DNA of 29,763 nt from a virus (Duplodnaviria > Caudoviricetes). The stretch covers positions 1 through 29,763 of IMG/VR virus record IMGVR_UViG_3300046508_000147. The stretch is one strand, 5' to 3'. Below, piece by piece: positions 1 through 9,456 of this stretch. The notes beneath the pieces were generated by a model. It saw only the letters and a list, made by a program, of their open reading frames with translations, had not been told where the DNA came from and did not search any database. The position numbers were made by a program, and so were the translations under genes. How positions within the stretch are numbered: position 1 is the first letter of the stretch; the number at the start of each line of letters is the position of its first letter.

Positions 1-393
1 TCAGAGCCGGATCTGTCCCTCAGCCTGAAATGGCGGTGGGACTTGTAGGTGCAGGTGGTCGTTGTGGCCACCCGTCGGATCGAGAGGGCCCGTGATCGCC
101 ACGTGGAATCCGCGCCCATAGGCGAACGCGGCGTTGATCCACTCGGCCAGCTCGAGGGTGAAAGCCGGGTCGCCACCGATCAGCCCCAGGTCTAGGCCCT
201 GCTTTCGGTAGTGCGGCCCTCCGGCCATGTGGATGTCGGGCGTGTCGACGTCGGTGATTCGGACTGCCTTGTACCCGGCTGCCCAGGCGTAGAGCTGCAC
301 TAGGCGAAGGAGGAACCGGATCCGCCAGTCGAGGCCGGCGATCTTCGGCTCGTCCTCCGGCTGTTTGAAGGTGAGGGGCGCGCCGTACATCAC
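1..393 (-). CDS. Endolysin, peptidase M15-like (Hedgehog/DD-peptidase Zn fold)
   Basis: H-x6-D motif (HYRKQGLD) and C-terminal HxH (DHLHLQ); follows tail genes and a membrane protein; overlaps upstream stop. Confidence 0.75.
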   Translation of the reverse strand: MMYGAPLTFKQPEDEPKIAGLDWRIRFLLRLVQLYAWAAGYKAVRITDVDTPDIHMAGGPHYRKQGLDLGLIGGDPAFTLELAEWINAAFAYGRGFHVAITGPLDPTGGHNDHLHLQVPPPFQAEGQIRL

Positions 394-674
394 GGCCTCC
401 TTAGGTCTTCAGGCTGCCGTGGAATGAACACTTTCGGCAGCCCATCGATCTTGTCTTCGATTCGTTCGAGGCGTCGTTCGAGCCGGGACACGTCGGAGAC
501 CTGCGCGGCACGCACAGCAGAGATGGACTCGTCGATGTCGTTCAGGTCGTCCTTTCGGATTCCCCCGACGATCCCGCCGAGTAGGCCGAACATAGATACG
601 AGGATGCCGATCGCCGGCCAGGAGATCTTGAGCCCGGCCGGACCGCTGCTGTTGACGACATGTCCTCCTACCAC
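390..674 (-). CDS. Single-TM plus coiled-coil lysis-module membrane protein (holin-like)
   Basis: Hydrophobic WPAIGILVSMFGLLGGIVGGI followed by heptad segment VSRLERRLERIEDKIDGL; GAGGAGGAGG SD before GTG 674; directly upstream of endolysin. Confidence 0.6.
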   Translation of the reverse strand: MVGGHVVNSSGPAGLKISWPAIGILVSMFGLLGGIVGGIRKDDLNDIDESISAVRAAQVSDVSRLERRLERIEDKIDGLPKVFIPRQPEDLRRP

Positions 675-704
675 AGATGCCTCCTCCTCGCTGTGCGTCG
701 CTCC

Positions 705-917
705 CTACGCTTCGATCGTGTTCGGCTGATGCCCCGCGTCCGCGATCGCAGCCCGCAGCGACGCCTCGTTCGCCACACTCGGGTCCGCCGCCCATGCGAT
801 CCCGGCGCTTCTCATGTCGGCCAGAGCACCGACGGCAGCCGCGGCCTGGGGCTCTCCCGCGCAGAGTTGCTGCGCGAGATGGAAAGCGTTCATCCATCCG
901 TCGTTGCTGACTTGCAC
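705..917 (-). CDS. Small Ala-rich hypothetical protein (70 aa), possibly fibre-associated
   Basis: AAGGAGG SD before in-frame GTG at 917; fills gap between tail fibre and lysis genes. Confidence 0.5.
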   Translation of the reverse strand: MQVSNDGWMNAFHLAQQLCAGEPQAAAAVGALADMRSAGIAWAADPSVANEASLRAAIADAGHQPNTIEA

Positions 918-946
918 CTGTTTCCTCCTTCTCCCCTTGCGGGGGG

Positions 947-3574
947 TTACTTCCTGATGATCGAGTAGCTGACGATTTCTCCGTCGAAACCTGCATCCCA
1001 CCGGAAGCCAACAGAGTCGGATTTACAGATCCATGAGCCGTAAAGCGCCGATATTGTGCCTCGGTCCTTTGGGAACGGACACGTTACGATGTCGGTTGAG
1101 AGAACGCCAGGCACGTACTCGCATATAAAGCGAGAGTTGATCGGCTTCCTGTAATGGTTGAGCTTGAACGTATCCACCACCGCAAACTTGATCGGATTCG
1201 CCGCCACCGCCCGAGACAGCGCCAGCCGCAGCGTCGCCAGCGTGTCCTTGTACGCCGCGTTCGCCGGTGGCAGCGTCAGCGTGTCGGATGCCGCCATCCC
1301 CGGCGTCTTGAGGTAGTACTTGTGCCCAGCCCCATCCGATAGCTCGATAATGCCGGCGCGTGATGCCGTCCCGGAGATCAGCCTCCCGTGCGCACACACC
1401 GAATCGGCCACCGCGAGCTTGCCCCTGCCAGTGATAGCCCCGAGCGCGCTGATGTCCGCGAACCAGGACACCCCCGTCACCACCAGTTGCCCGTCCACCG
1501 TGAACCGGTCCGGGTGCTCTCCACTATCGCCCGAGCCGACCTTGAGCCGATGCTGAAACCAGCCACCGCCGTGGAACCACGAGGTATCCGCTACCATCGA
1601 CAGCGTGGCGGCGTGCCCGGTGTACTCGTCATTGAACCCGTAGCCCTGCACCCACCCATCGGCGAACACATCACCACCGAGAGATCCGCCATCCGTCGTC
1701 ACTCGGAGGAGGTGGAGCGACGATGAGTCGGCTTTGACCATGTGAGCCCGCAGCGTGTCCGCCGTCACCCGACCCTGTACCGTCACGTCGCCCTTGTCGT
1801 CGCGGGCCAACACCTTCGTCGTGTCAACGGCCAGAAACGAGTAGTCGTCAACGGTGCCAGTGGTGTCAGCGATATACACCGAGTCGTTGTAGAGGATGGT
1901 GAACGGCTCGGGGTTCATGGAGCCAGGGTCATAGTCGATGATGTTGTCAAACCCCATCTTCCCGGCGTACTTCTGCTTAGCTTTGGCGGTATCCCAGGTC
2001 AAGGGCTCCCAGTTGCCGTGAAACGTCAACTGGGAGCCAGCGGTTGCTCCCGCAACGTCGGGCAGGTAGTAGACGGGCGGGGGCGATGTCGTTCCAGCAT
2101 ACGCGAGCGTGACGCTTTGGGTCTGCCCCGGGTTGCGTATGCTGACGCTCCCGGCCGTAAGCGTCGTGGCGAGGTTCGCACTGGTGATGTTGAGGGTAGA
2201 AGCCCAGTTTGTTGAACCGGCGCCCAGGTTTTGCAGTACGTTTCCAAAGGCCCCGTCCGTGCTGGGCACCCAGAAGTGCGTGTCCGTAGCACCAGGAGAC
2301 TGGGATTGGCCGATGTAGGCCGTTCCTTTCGCTACGTTGGCGGGATCGAAAGAGAGATATCCGATTCCGGTGTCTGGGATCAGATTCAGGTTCCCGGCTG
2401 TGTACACCCCCCCACCTGCCTGAACTATGCCGCCCGTCACAACGCTGCCGTTTTCCACGCCTTGCCCGCTCGCGTTGATGTAGCGTGCATCGAACCCGCC
2501 CGTTCCGGTGATGTTGGCTCCGACAAACGGCGTGGCAGGGTTGGTGGTGTTGTCAACCGTGATGTAGGCATCCCCGGGGAGCACGCTCGTCACACCTCCG
2601 GTCCCACCCGATACTGCCTTCCACTTCAACAGCCCGGCTGTGCCATCGGCCACGAGGGACTGTTCGTTTGTCGGAGCTGCTGCCGGAAATGAAATCGTCC
2701 GGTTCGCGCTGGCAGCTTGAGACAGGAGGTCCGTGTAGTAGCTATTGGAACTCCAGATCCGCACCCCTCCGGGATACCCGCTCGTGGCCCCCGCGTTGAT
2801 CGTGGTCTGGTTCTCATCCACGAATAGGTCGCTGAGCCCCCCGGTTCCAGTGTTGAGCGTGAGTATCGGCGTGGTTGTAGGATGCTCCACGCTGATGTAG
2901 CTGTTGGCCGAAGAGACGTTCGTCACCGTGCCAGTTCCGGGAGTAGACCCCCATGCCCAGGTGTATGGCGAGGTGCCCGTGATAGTCAGGATGTTGCCGA
3001 TAGACGGCACGCCGGACGCATAGATCATGATGGGCTTGATGCACGCCGATTCGTCTTTGTTGACGTAGCGATAGTCAAACGACCCGCTCGTGGCGTCACT
3101 GCCCAGGTTCACACCGAGCGCGACAGCCCCGCTGGTGTTAACCGCGGTGAGGTATCCCCCGTTCGTGCCGGTGGCAGTAACGGCCGTGATCGTCCCTGTT
3201 CCAGTGATCCCGCTCGGCCCGACGCAGAACATCCCGCGGCATCCAATGATGAGAGAGTCTGGGCTGCACAGTTGGTCCCACGCCCAGTAGGTGCCCGTCA
3301 CCGTAGGTACGAAGCTATACACGGCCGACGCGGCATCGTAGGACGGAATGATCGCCGAGGCCGAGTCTCCGGCGCTAGTCGTCAGCTTGTGATACACGCG
3401 GATCCTTGAGTTGGATGGCGTAAGGCTCTTCCACCGCGTGCCAGTCCACCGCCGTGCGAAAAACTCAGGGATTGCCGGAGCGTCTGTCGCCCGCGCCGTG
3501 AGACACACCGCTCCGCAGAGTCCCGCCGCGAGTGCGAGGATGGCGCCCCAACCCAAGATCGTTTTGCGGTTCAT
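947..3574 (-). CDS. Tail fibre / receptor-binding protein with N-terminal signal peptide (875 aa)
   Basis: Start reassigned to ATG 3574 (AGGAG SD, just after upstream stop at 3583); Gly/Thr/Ser-rich fibre repeats (GTGTITAV, GTGTVTNV, GGVTSV; FDYRYVN/FDARYIN); last gene of tail module. Confidence 0.75.
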   Translation of the reverse strand: MNRKTILGWGAILALAAGLCGAVCLTARATDAPAIPEFFARRWTGTRWKSLTPSNSRIRVYHKLTTSAGDSASAIIPSYDAASAVYSFVPTVTGTYWAWDQLCSPDSLIIGCRGMFCVGPSGITGTGTITAVTATGTNGGYLTAVNTSGAVALGVNLGSDATSGSFDYRYVNKDESACIKPIMIYASGVPSIGNILTITGTSPYTWAWGSTPGTGTVTNVSSANSYISVEHPTTTPILTLNTGTGGLSDLFVDENQTTINAGATSGYPGGVRIWSSNSYYTDLLSQAASANRTISFPAAAPTNEQSLVADGTAGLLKWKAVSGGTGGVTSVLPGDAYITVDNTTNPATPFVGANITGTGGFDARYINASGQGVENGSVVTGGIVQAGGGVYTAGNLNLIPDTGIGYLSFDPANVAKGTAYIGQSQSPGATDTHFWVPSTDGAFGNVLQNLGAGSTNWASTLNITSANLATTLTAGSVSIRNPGQTQSVTLAYAGTTSPPPVYYLPDVAGATAGSQLTFHGNWEPLTWDTAKAKQKYAGKMGFDNIIDYDPGSMNPEPFTILYNDSVYIADTTGTVDDYSFLAVDTTKVLARDDKGDVTVQGRVTADTLRAHMVKADSSSLHLLRVTTDGGSLGGDVFADGWVQGYGFNDEYTGHAATLSMVADTSWFHGGGWFQHRLKVGSGDSGEHPDRFTVDGQLVVTGVSWFADISALGAITGRGKLAVADSVCAHGRLISGTASRAGIIELSDGAGHKYYLKTPGMAASDTLTLPPANAAYKDTLATLRLALSRAVAANPIKFAVVDTFKLNHYRKPINSRFICEYVPGVLSTDIVTCPFPKDRGTISALYGSWICKSDSVGFRWDAGFDGEIVSYSIIRK

Positions 3575-3582
3575 GGCTACTC

Positions 3583-6564
3583 CTACCCTCTCGGGTCCGG
3601 GAATGTGTCGTCGTCCGGGTTCGGCCACATGTCGGCGGGTCCGCCCACCGTGGCACCTGACCCCGGAGGAGGAGGCTCGACGGGAGGCTCATCCGGGTAC
3701 ACCCACGGCGTCTGATCCGGCTCTCCGCCCGTGATCGCTTCCAGCGCAAACCGAGTCGGCAGGATGAAGCCGGACACCTCCTGTGAAATACCGTTGTCGC
3801 TGCGGTTCTCGCTGCGATCCACGAAGAAATGCTTGTCGCTCCACAGATGCGTCGCGGAGTCGTCAAGCGGCAGGCGGAACTCGGCCAGCTCCAGCAGGTC
3901 GTCATCGAAGCGCAGGATGTGCCCCGGCCACACGTCGCACAGCCCGAGGTTGCCCGTCGCGCGCCAGTAGATCGGCGTGCGATATTTCCGCCCAAACCAG
4001 TACAGGCCGACTTGCACGGCGACCTGCGGAATGGACACGCCCGGCAGGTCGATCCGCAGCGGGTTGCGCGCGCCGTACTTCGCATCCGACCACGCCGCGA
4101 TCTCCTGACACGTGAGCCCGCGGGAGAACGGCATGACTCCGCCCTTGCCCCACGGTTTGCCGGTCCCATCGTCTGACCCGTTCTTGTTGCAGGTCGCCGT
4201 CCACTGAAGCTGGGGGCCGTAGCGGATCGTGATGTCGTTGCAGACCTCGTCGTACCCACCCGGCCAAACCTCAAGCTCCGCTCCGCTGGGCCCGGCAAGG
4301 ATCTGCCGGCCGATGGAGACGGTCTGCTCCAACCCCCTCACGCGCTTCCCGGACGCGCCCGAGACGTAAGCGCCGCGCGTCGGGCCGATGAGGTCCATGG
4401 GACCCCACAGCAGGAAGCGGTAGTTGCCACCCACGCCGCGTACGCACCGGAGCCCGAGGCAGTGCTGGCCGATCTCGTTGAGGGCATCGCGCAGGGGGCG
4501 CCCATCGTCCACAAACGAGAAATCCATCGGCCAGCCGACCGAGTCTACGGTGTTCGTCGCCCACCAGCGGGAGAGGATCGCGCGCGCGTCGGCCACGGAG
4601 CCGAGCATGCCGGCCGTGGTGATGATGTTGGCGATGTCTACCGGGTCCGCCCCTGAGTTGCACATGGCCCAGAGCATGTGCTCCAAGGGGTCGGTCAGCA
4701 TCTTCGACGCGGTGCCCGAGTACCGGCCGTCGGTCTCGTCCCAATAGGAGGGGCGAGACGTAAAGACGGTGAGGCCCGGTGCCTTACCCCTGACCGGGGT
4801 CCCAGTGGTGCCGCGACCCCACAAGTCGAGAGCGCTTCGGCTGGAATTGAAAGCGTCGTTGGGGCGGACGATGCGGTACGGGAGCGCACCGGATCCGCCA
4901 GCAGCCCGCCACATGGCCCGCGCCTGGTCCGGAGCCGTCTCGATAACCGGACTCCCCGCTTCCCGCCCGTAGTGGCATCCAACCAAGAGCACCACCGCAC
5001 AGACCCGCACGTTTGCCAGGCTCTCGCCGTTGAATACCTCGATGCGGAACGGATTCTCCTGCCCGTCTCCCTGCGACAGCGCCTTGCCGCTCTCCGCGTC
5101 CGTGGTGAAATCCCACTGGTGGAACTTCGTGCCGATCCATCCCGCGCCCGGCGTGTTCGGCTCGTTGGCATTCGCTCCGGGGATGTTGAGCTGACACGCA
5201 TGGACGGGAATGGAGCCGGAGGCATCCGCGCAGGTAGGCGGAGGAAAACTACCAGAGGCCCCGAACGCCGTGGTGCCATTGGGAAACGTCACCCTGACTG
5301 AGAAGGAATTGCCTCCCGCTGGCTCATCTCCGGTAGCATCGTTCACGAGCAGTACGCAAACCTTGAGACCAACCGGAACTCCGGCCCCCTCAAAGTCGAG
5401 ACCATCGGTCCCCGCATCCGTGCTGTTCATAGAGATGCGACCGAAGCCGCTGCCGGGATTCTGAATTGCGAACGTGGCGCCCGTGCCGGACTTCAGCGTG
5501 CCGTAGGTATTCGAGTTTCCGTCGCACGCCCTTTTCATCTCGTCAAGCAAACTGGAGGCGGTGCCCACCGGAACGCAGGAGATCGGCACCTGAATCCACG
5601 GGAACGTTCCGTGGCGAACGTGGTGATGAACGTCCGTGTTGTCGATGATCTCGCTCTCGGCGCCCGCGTAGAACGACCCGTTGTTGTACCAATCGTGATA
5701 GAAGCGCCCGAGTTTGCCGCCGCCGATGTCGAGGTAGAATCCGCTCCGGCCGATCGATGCGGGCGGCTTCCTCCCGCCCTGCGTCGTGATGAATCCCGTT
5801 GTGGCCTTGGCTGTTGCACCGGATCCCTGCGTGTAGTCATACCAGGGCACGCATGGAGCCAAGGGCACAGCGAGCCCGAAAGCCCCTGCGTTGCGCAGAT
5901 ACCACGCTCCGTCAGGATCCACGAGCGAATGATGCCCAGCGATGGACCCGGCGAACCCCCCGAGATTGACCGGGACCGGAGACTCCTTCGCCCCAGCCGT
6001 CAGCGTAGCCCCGGTGAGTGACGCCGGCGCCGCCTCGATCTTGAGCGACGGAACGACCGTCAGCTCGAAATCATCCACACACTCGCAGACAAACGTGATC
6101 GTCCCCGCCGTGACCCCCGCGAGGTTGCGCACATTCCCGGTGAACATCGCCGCCCTGCCGCCGAGCGTGATGTCATCGTCATACTCCAGCCACACGCGCA
6201 CGAGCGCCCCCGCGGCCAGCGCGGGGTACTCCGCGATCAGCTCGTGGAGCGTGTCGAAGCGGACGTAGGTCCCATCGCCGAGGCGCAGCGGCACCGTGCG
6301 ATCGGCAACCAGAGTGCAGGTGAACGTACTGTTGGCTCCCGAGTCACAGACCAGATCCGCGACCTTGAACAAAATCGGGTGCGACTCGTAGGCGGACCGG
6401 CGCCCGGTGCTGTTGACGGTCAGATAGCAGATCGGAGCCGCCTCCGTGTAAATCTGCACGAGGTATTGCGCGCTCACCTGCGATCGATTGAGCATCGTCG
6501 CTAAGGCCAATCCGTTGCGCCCTGCCGATGTCTCGGCAACGATCACCTCTTCGGGGTGACTCAT
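3583..6564 (-). CDS. Tail tip / baseplate hub protein (Tal/gpJ-like, 993 aa)
   Basis: Size and position after Dit; N-terminal hub-like MFTGNVR...ITFVCE and C-terminal NDITIRY...PGHILRF segments; central beta-rich insertion. Confidence 0.7.
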   Translation of the reverse strand: MSHPEEVIVAETSAGRNGLALATMLNRSQVSAQYLVQIYTEAAPICYLTVNSTGRRSAYESHPILFKVADLVCDSGANSTFTCTLVADRTVPLRLGDGTYVRFDTLHELIAEYPALAAGALVRVWLEYDDDITLGGRAAMFTGNVRNLAGVTAGTITFVCECVDDFELTVVPSLKIEAAPASLTGATLTAGAKESPVPVNLGGFAGSIAGHHSLVDPDGAWYLRNAGAFGLAVPLAPCVPWYDYTQGSGATAKATTGFITTQGGRKPPASIGRSGFYLDIGGGKLGRFYHDWYNNGSFYAGAESEIIDNTDVHHHVRHGTFPWIQVPISCVPVGTASSLLDEMKRACDGNSNTYGTLKSGTGATFAIQNPGSGFGRISMNSTDAGTDGLDFEGAGVPVGLKVCVLLVNDATGDEPAGGNSFSVRVTFPNGTTAFGASGSFPPPTCADASGSIPVHACQLNIPGANANEPNTPGAGWIGTKFHQWDFTTDAESGKALSQGDGQENPFRIEVFNGESLANVRVCAVVLLVGCHYGREAGSPVIETAPDQARAMWRAAGGSGALPYRIVRPNDAFNSSRSALDLWGRGTTGTPVRGKAPGLTVFTSRPSYWDETDGRYSGTASKMLTDPLEHMLWAMCNSGADPVDIANIITTAGMLGSVADARAILSRWWATNTVDSVGWPMDFSFVDDGRPLRDALNEIGQHCLGLRCVRGVGGNYRFLLWGPMDLIGPTRGAYVSGASGKRVRGLEQTVSIGRQILAGPSGAELEVWPGGYDEVCNDITIRYGPQLQWTATCNKNGSDDGTGKPWGKGGVMPFSRGLTCQEIAAWSDAKYGARNPLRIDLPGVSIPQVAVQVGLYWFGRKYRTPIYWRATGNLGLCDVWPGHILRFDDDLLELAEFRLPLDDSATHLWSDKHFFVDRSENRSDNGISQEVSGFILPTRFALEAITGGEPDQTPWVYPDEPPVEPPPPGSGATVGGPADMWPNPDDDTFPDPRG

Positions 6565-7427
6565 GCCACCGAGTCCCGCGGGAGAGTTTCGAGGTACAGC
6601 GATCCCGATGAGCGCGAGCCCGCGTAGTCGATCTGGTATCTTGGTTGGCTGTCCGGCATCCCCACGCAGTAGCGGTCCATCGGAGCATCAAGCGTGTAGT
6701 CGTCACTGGTGTACCAGACGCGACCGGCAAAGCCAAGGTTGGCAAACGCACCGCGGCGCATCGGGTAATAAGCGTTCCACAGCCTCCACAGCTCATAGTC
6801 CCGCGCCACGCGCATCAATTCGAACGGCAGCACGAACGACTGGACCGGCGACCCGAGACGCTGAAACTGCGGGAACCCATTGGCACTCCGGAGCACGCGA
6901 ACACCGGAGTCACCACCAACCGGCAGCGGCCGCGGCATCCCGCCGGCATCGTCCCCGCCGAACTCGATAATCCCGAAGCCCTCGCCCTCGACCAGCTCGC
7001 CAGCGGCGTTGTAACCGTAGTCCGCGATGATGCTGAGGCATCCGATCTGAATGTCCGCCCCCGTGCTTTGGATCACCAGGTGCGTCTCGGTTGCTGCCAC
7101 CTGGGGCGCCCCCCAGTCAACCAGGAAGTCCTCGCTGGTGACGACCGGCCGGTAAATGTCGATCTCGTGCTGACCGCCATCGTAGATGACGTGCACCGAC
7201 ACAACCCCGCCGAGCAGGTTGTGGTTGGCGATGCCGTACCCTCGAATGCGCAGACTACTCGCGTGAATGATCCTCACTTCGGTAGTAGACGCGCCCGGCT
7301 CGAACGTGCTGTTCGGATCTCCGTCCACCAGGTTCTGCGCAGACAGGGACGCCGAGTCGGGCGACGCCGACACTGACGAGTAGCGCTTGTACGCGAGGTC
7401 TACCGTGTAAACCTTGGGGGTTGCCAT
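6561..7427 (-). CDS. Distal tail (Dit-like) protein with N-terminal discoidin/galactose-binding-like domain
   Basis: Immediately after tape measure; AQNLVDGDPNSTFEP and IANHNL motifs; GGTGG-preceded ATG at 7427. Confidence 0.6.
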   Translation of the reverse strand: MATPKVYTVDLAYKRYSSVSASPDSASLSAQNLVDGDPNSTFEPGASTTEVRIIHASSLRIRGYGIANHNLLGGVVSVHVIYDGGQHEIDIYRPVVTSEDFLVDWGAPQVAATETHLVIQSTGADIQIGCLSIIADYGYNAAGELVEGEGFGIIEFGGDDAGGMPRPLPVGGDSGVRVLRSANGFPQFQRLGSPVQSFVLPFELMRVARDYELWRLWNAYYPMRRGAFANLGFAGRVWYTSDDYTLDAPMDRYCVGMPDSQPRYQIDYAGSRSSGSLYLETLPRDSVA

Positions 7428-7428
7428 G

Positions 7429-8787
7429 CTACCACCTGGTTCCACGGCGGATCAAGTTGGCCTGGTCCGCGCCGGGGGCGCCGTAGGGCATGGACTTGTT
7501 GGGTTTTTCGGCCGGCCCGATCAGGCCACCGGCGACACCATAGGCAGCAGAAACAGCCTTCCCAGCTCCGGGAAACAGCATTCCTACCAGCCATGCCGCC
7601 GCCTTGCTCGCCGCGACGCGCTCAAGCTCGGAGATGATCGAATTGGACAAGGATCGCGCCATAGCCGCTCCGCCCTGATCGATCACGGCGAAGGCGGACT
7701 GGAACGAAGAGGTCAGGAAGCTCGTCATCTGGGCGACGTTGCTCTGGTACTCGGCAACCTGCTTCGCGCTCTTCTCCTGGAAGTTCTTGAACCAGTCGGT
7801 TTCCTTCGCCGGCTGTATCTCCGGCATCCGCACCTGGAAGGCGTCGTAGTAGCCCTGGCCAGGCTTGTTTCGGGCGGTCGGATTGCTGAGAGAAAAGTCG
7901 CCCTGGGGCAGACGTGCAACTCGCTCGCTCTCATACCCGAGGTTGCGCCGCCTGTCCTGCTCCAGGAGACGGGCCTCGTTGAGTTGTGCGTCCGTGGCTT
8001 GCACATCATAGGCTCCAGGGGCGTAGACCTTGGTCTCGGGAAGGATCAGAGATACGGGGTTCAGGGCCTGACGCATGACATTGATCTTGTCGGTCAGGTC
8101 TTGAATCTTCTTCTCGGCGACGGCACCCTTGCCGATCAGCTGATCGACGATGGTATTGGATGGCAGCTCGACGCCGAGCACTCCCATGGCGCCCGCCCAC
8201 GCCGCGCCAGGCACTGCACCGCCGCCGAGGGGGTCCCTCTGCAACTTCGCCCGCTCTCTCTCTGCCGCGGCTAGCTGGATCTCTGTGGCCTCGCGGACGA
8301 TCGGCGAGGCGATTGGCTGGCCCTTCAGATTCGCCTGCTTCACCAGCTCGGCCGTGGCCTCCGCTGTGGCCTTCCTCAGGTCGGTCTGCCACTTCACCAG
8401 AGAGGCGACGACCGCAACGACCAGGCCCACGCCACCGGCGACGAGAAGAGCCGTCGAGGCCATCCCGGCCAAACACTCGGTAGCTACCTGGACCCCCGCC
8501 GACATGACCTCCGAGCTCACGCCAATCTGGCTTAGCGTGCCGGTGAACTTCGACGCGAGCAGCCCGTACCGAGCCATCTTCTCGCCCGAGGCAGCCATCG
8601 CCTGGCCGTGCCGCTCCTCGGCGGGTGCGAGTTTGTAGACGGTTTCACCGTAGGCGCCGACGCTGGTGATGTACTTCTGCTGCGCATCCCTCATCTGCCC
8701 AAAGTTCGCCACCGCTCGTGCGGCTCCACGGTCGAGGGACGTACCGTCCCACTCCACTCCGCCGTAGATGACCTCGCGGTTGCTCAT
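7429..8787 (-). CDS. Tape measure protein (short, 452 aa)
   Basis: Ala/Gly-rich helical sequence with hydrophobic segments, directly after tail chaperone pair. Confidence 0.75.
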   Translation of the reverse strand: MSNREVIYGGVEWDGTSLDRGAARAVANFGQMRDAQQKYITSVGAYGETVYKLAPAEERHGQAMAASGEKMARYGLLASKFTGTLSQIGVSSEVMSAGVQVATECLAGMASTALLVAGGVGLVVAVVASLVKWQTDLRKATAEATAELVKQANLKGQPIASPIVREATEIQLAAAERERAKLQRDPLGGGAVPGAAWAGAMGVLGVELPSNTIVDQLIGKGAVAEKKIQDLTDKINVMRQALNPVSLILPETKVYAPGAYDVQATDAQLNEARLLEQDRRRNLGYESERVARLPQGDFSLSNPTARNKPGQGYYDAFQVRMPEIQPAKETDWFKNFQEKSAKQVAEYQSNVAQMTSFLTSSFQSAFAVIDQGGAAMARSLSNSIISELERVAASKAAAWLVGMLFPGAGKAVSAAYGVAGGLIGPAEKPNKSMPYGAPGADQANLIRRGTRW

Positions 8788-9084
8788 TTACCGCATCCTT
8801 CCCCGGATCAGTCCGAGTGCGGACCAGACATGGAACGGCAGCTCGTCGTTGGCCATGGACATCCCGCCTTCGAGCGCTCCGGCCAGAGCGGAGAGGTACG
8901 TCGTTTCCGGGTAGTGGCCGCTCCGCCGTTTGCATTTCGTGCAGACCGTATCCACGAATCTGCACAGCTCCGGCGTCGGGCATTTGCACCACTCGCGGAG
9001 GATCTTCGTGTCCTTCTTGCGATCAGCCCGTTTGATCTCATCGTCTTGCTCGTCGTCATGGAGATCACGCAGGATTCGGCTCAT
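8788..9084 (-). CDS. Tail assembly chaperone C-terminal ORF (gpT-like)
   Basis: Overlaps end of upstream chaperone and precedes tape measure; Cys cluster; possibly expressed by frameshift. Confidence 0.6.
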   Translation of the reverse strand: MSRILRDLHDDEQDDEIKRADRKKDTKILREWCKCPTPELCRFVDTVCTKCKRRSGHYPETTYLSALAGALEGGMSMANDELPFHVWSALGLIRGRMR

Positions 9085-9445
9085 CAGCCTTGAGGAGGGT
9101 CCGAAAAAACACCTTGGTCACGAGTTTGATGCCGTCGTTGTGCGCGAACAGCACGCTGCCTGCAAGATCCTCCTTCCATGTCGGCAGTGGAGTCGCTCCA
9201 CCCGGCAGCTTGATGTTCGTGAGCAGCTCGGCGAGCTTGGCCGGGATCTCGTCCATGGTCAGGCTCTTCATCTCCGCCTGGTGGCGCGCCACTGCTTCCA
9301 CGTTCGTCGCGTCTGGGACAGGGGCAGCGACGCGAGCCATAGCCCCAATCGCCCACACCAGTTCGTCCTTCTCGGGCACGCGAAAGCAGACCTCGGTAGC
9401 CCCGTCCACCAGCGGAATCCAGTTTTCCAGATTGATGATGCCCAC
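9065..9445 (-). CDS. Tail assembly chaperone (gpG-like)
   Basis: 126 aa ORF right after tail tube gene, GGAGGG SD, T6 run near 3' end. Confidence 0.65.
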   Translation of the reverse strand: MGIINLENWIPLVDGATEVCFRVPEKDELVWAIGAMARVAAPVPDATNVEAVARHQAEMKSLTMDEIPAKLAELLTNIKLPGGATPLPTWKEDLAGSVLFAHNDGIKLVTKVFFRTLLKADEPNPA

Positions 9446-9456
9446 AGTCCCTCCCC

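Noticed and set aside
542-661. Embedded out-of-frame ORF in the holin-like gene as a spanin
   Set aside because: GGAGG lies only 2 nt from the ATG and the 39-aa product has no signal peptide or lipobox
947-1100. SVGFR near the fibre C-terminus as a DGR variable region
   Set aside because: No template repeat or reverse transcriptase in the window and no other C-type lectin fold features; cannot exclude elements outside the window
3500-3574. Fibre leader as a lipoprotein signal
   Set aside because: Residues before both Cys (AGLC, GAVC) do not fit the [LVI][ASTVI][GAS]C lipobox; A-R-A fits signal peptidase I better
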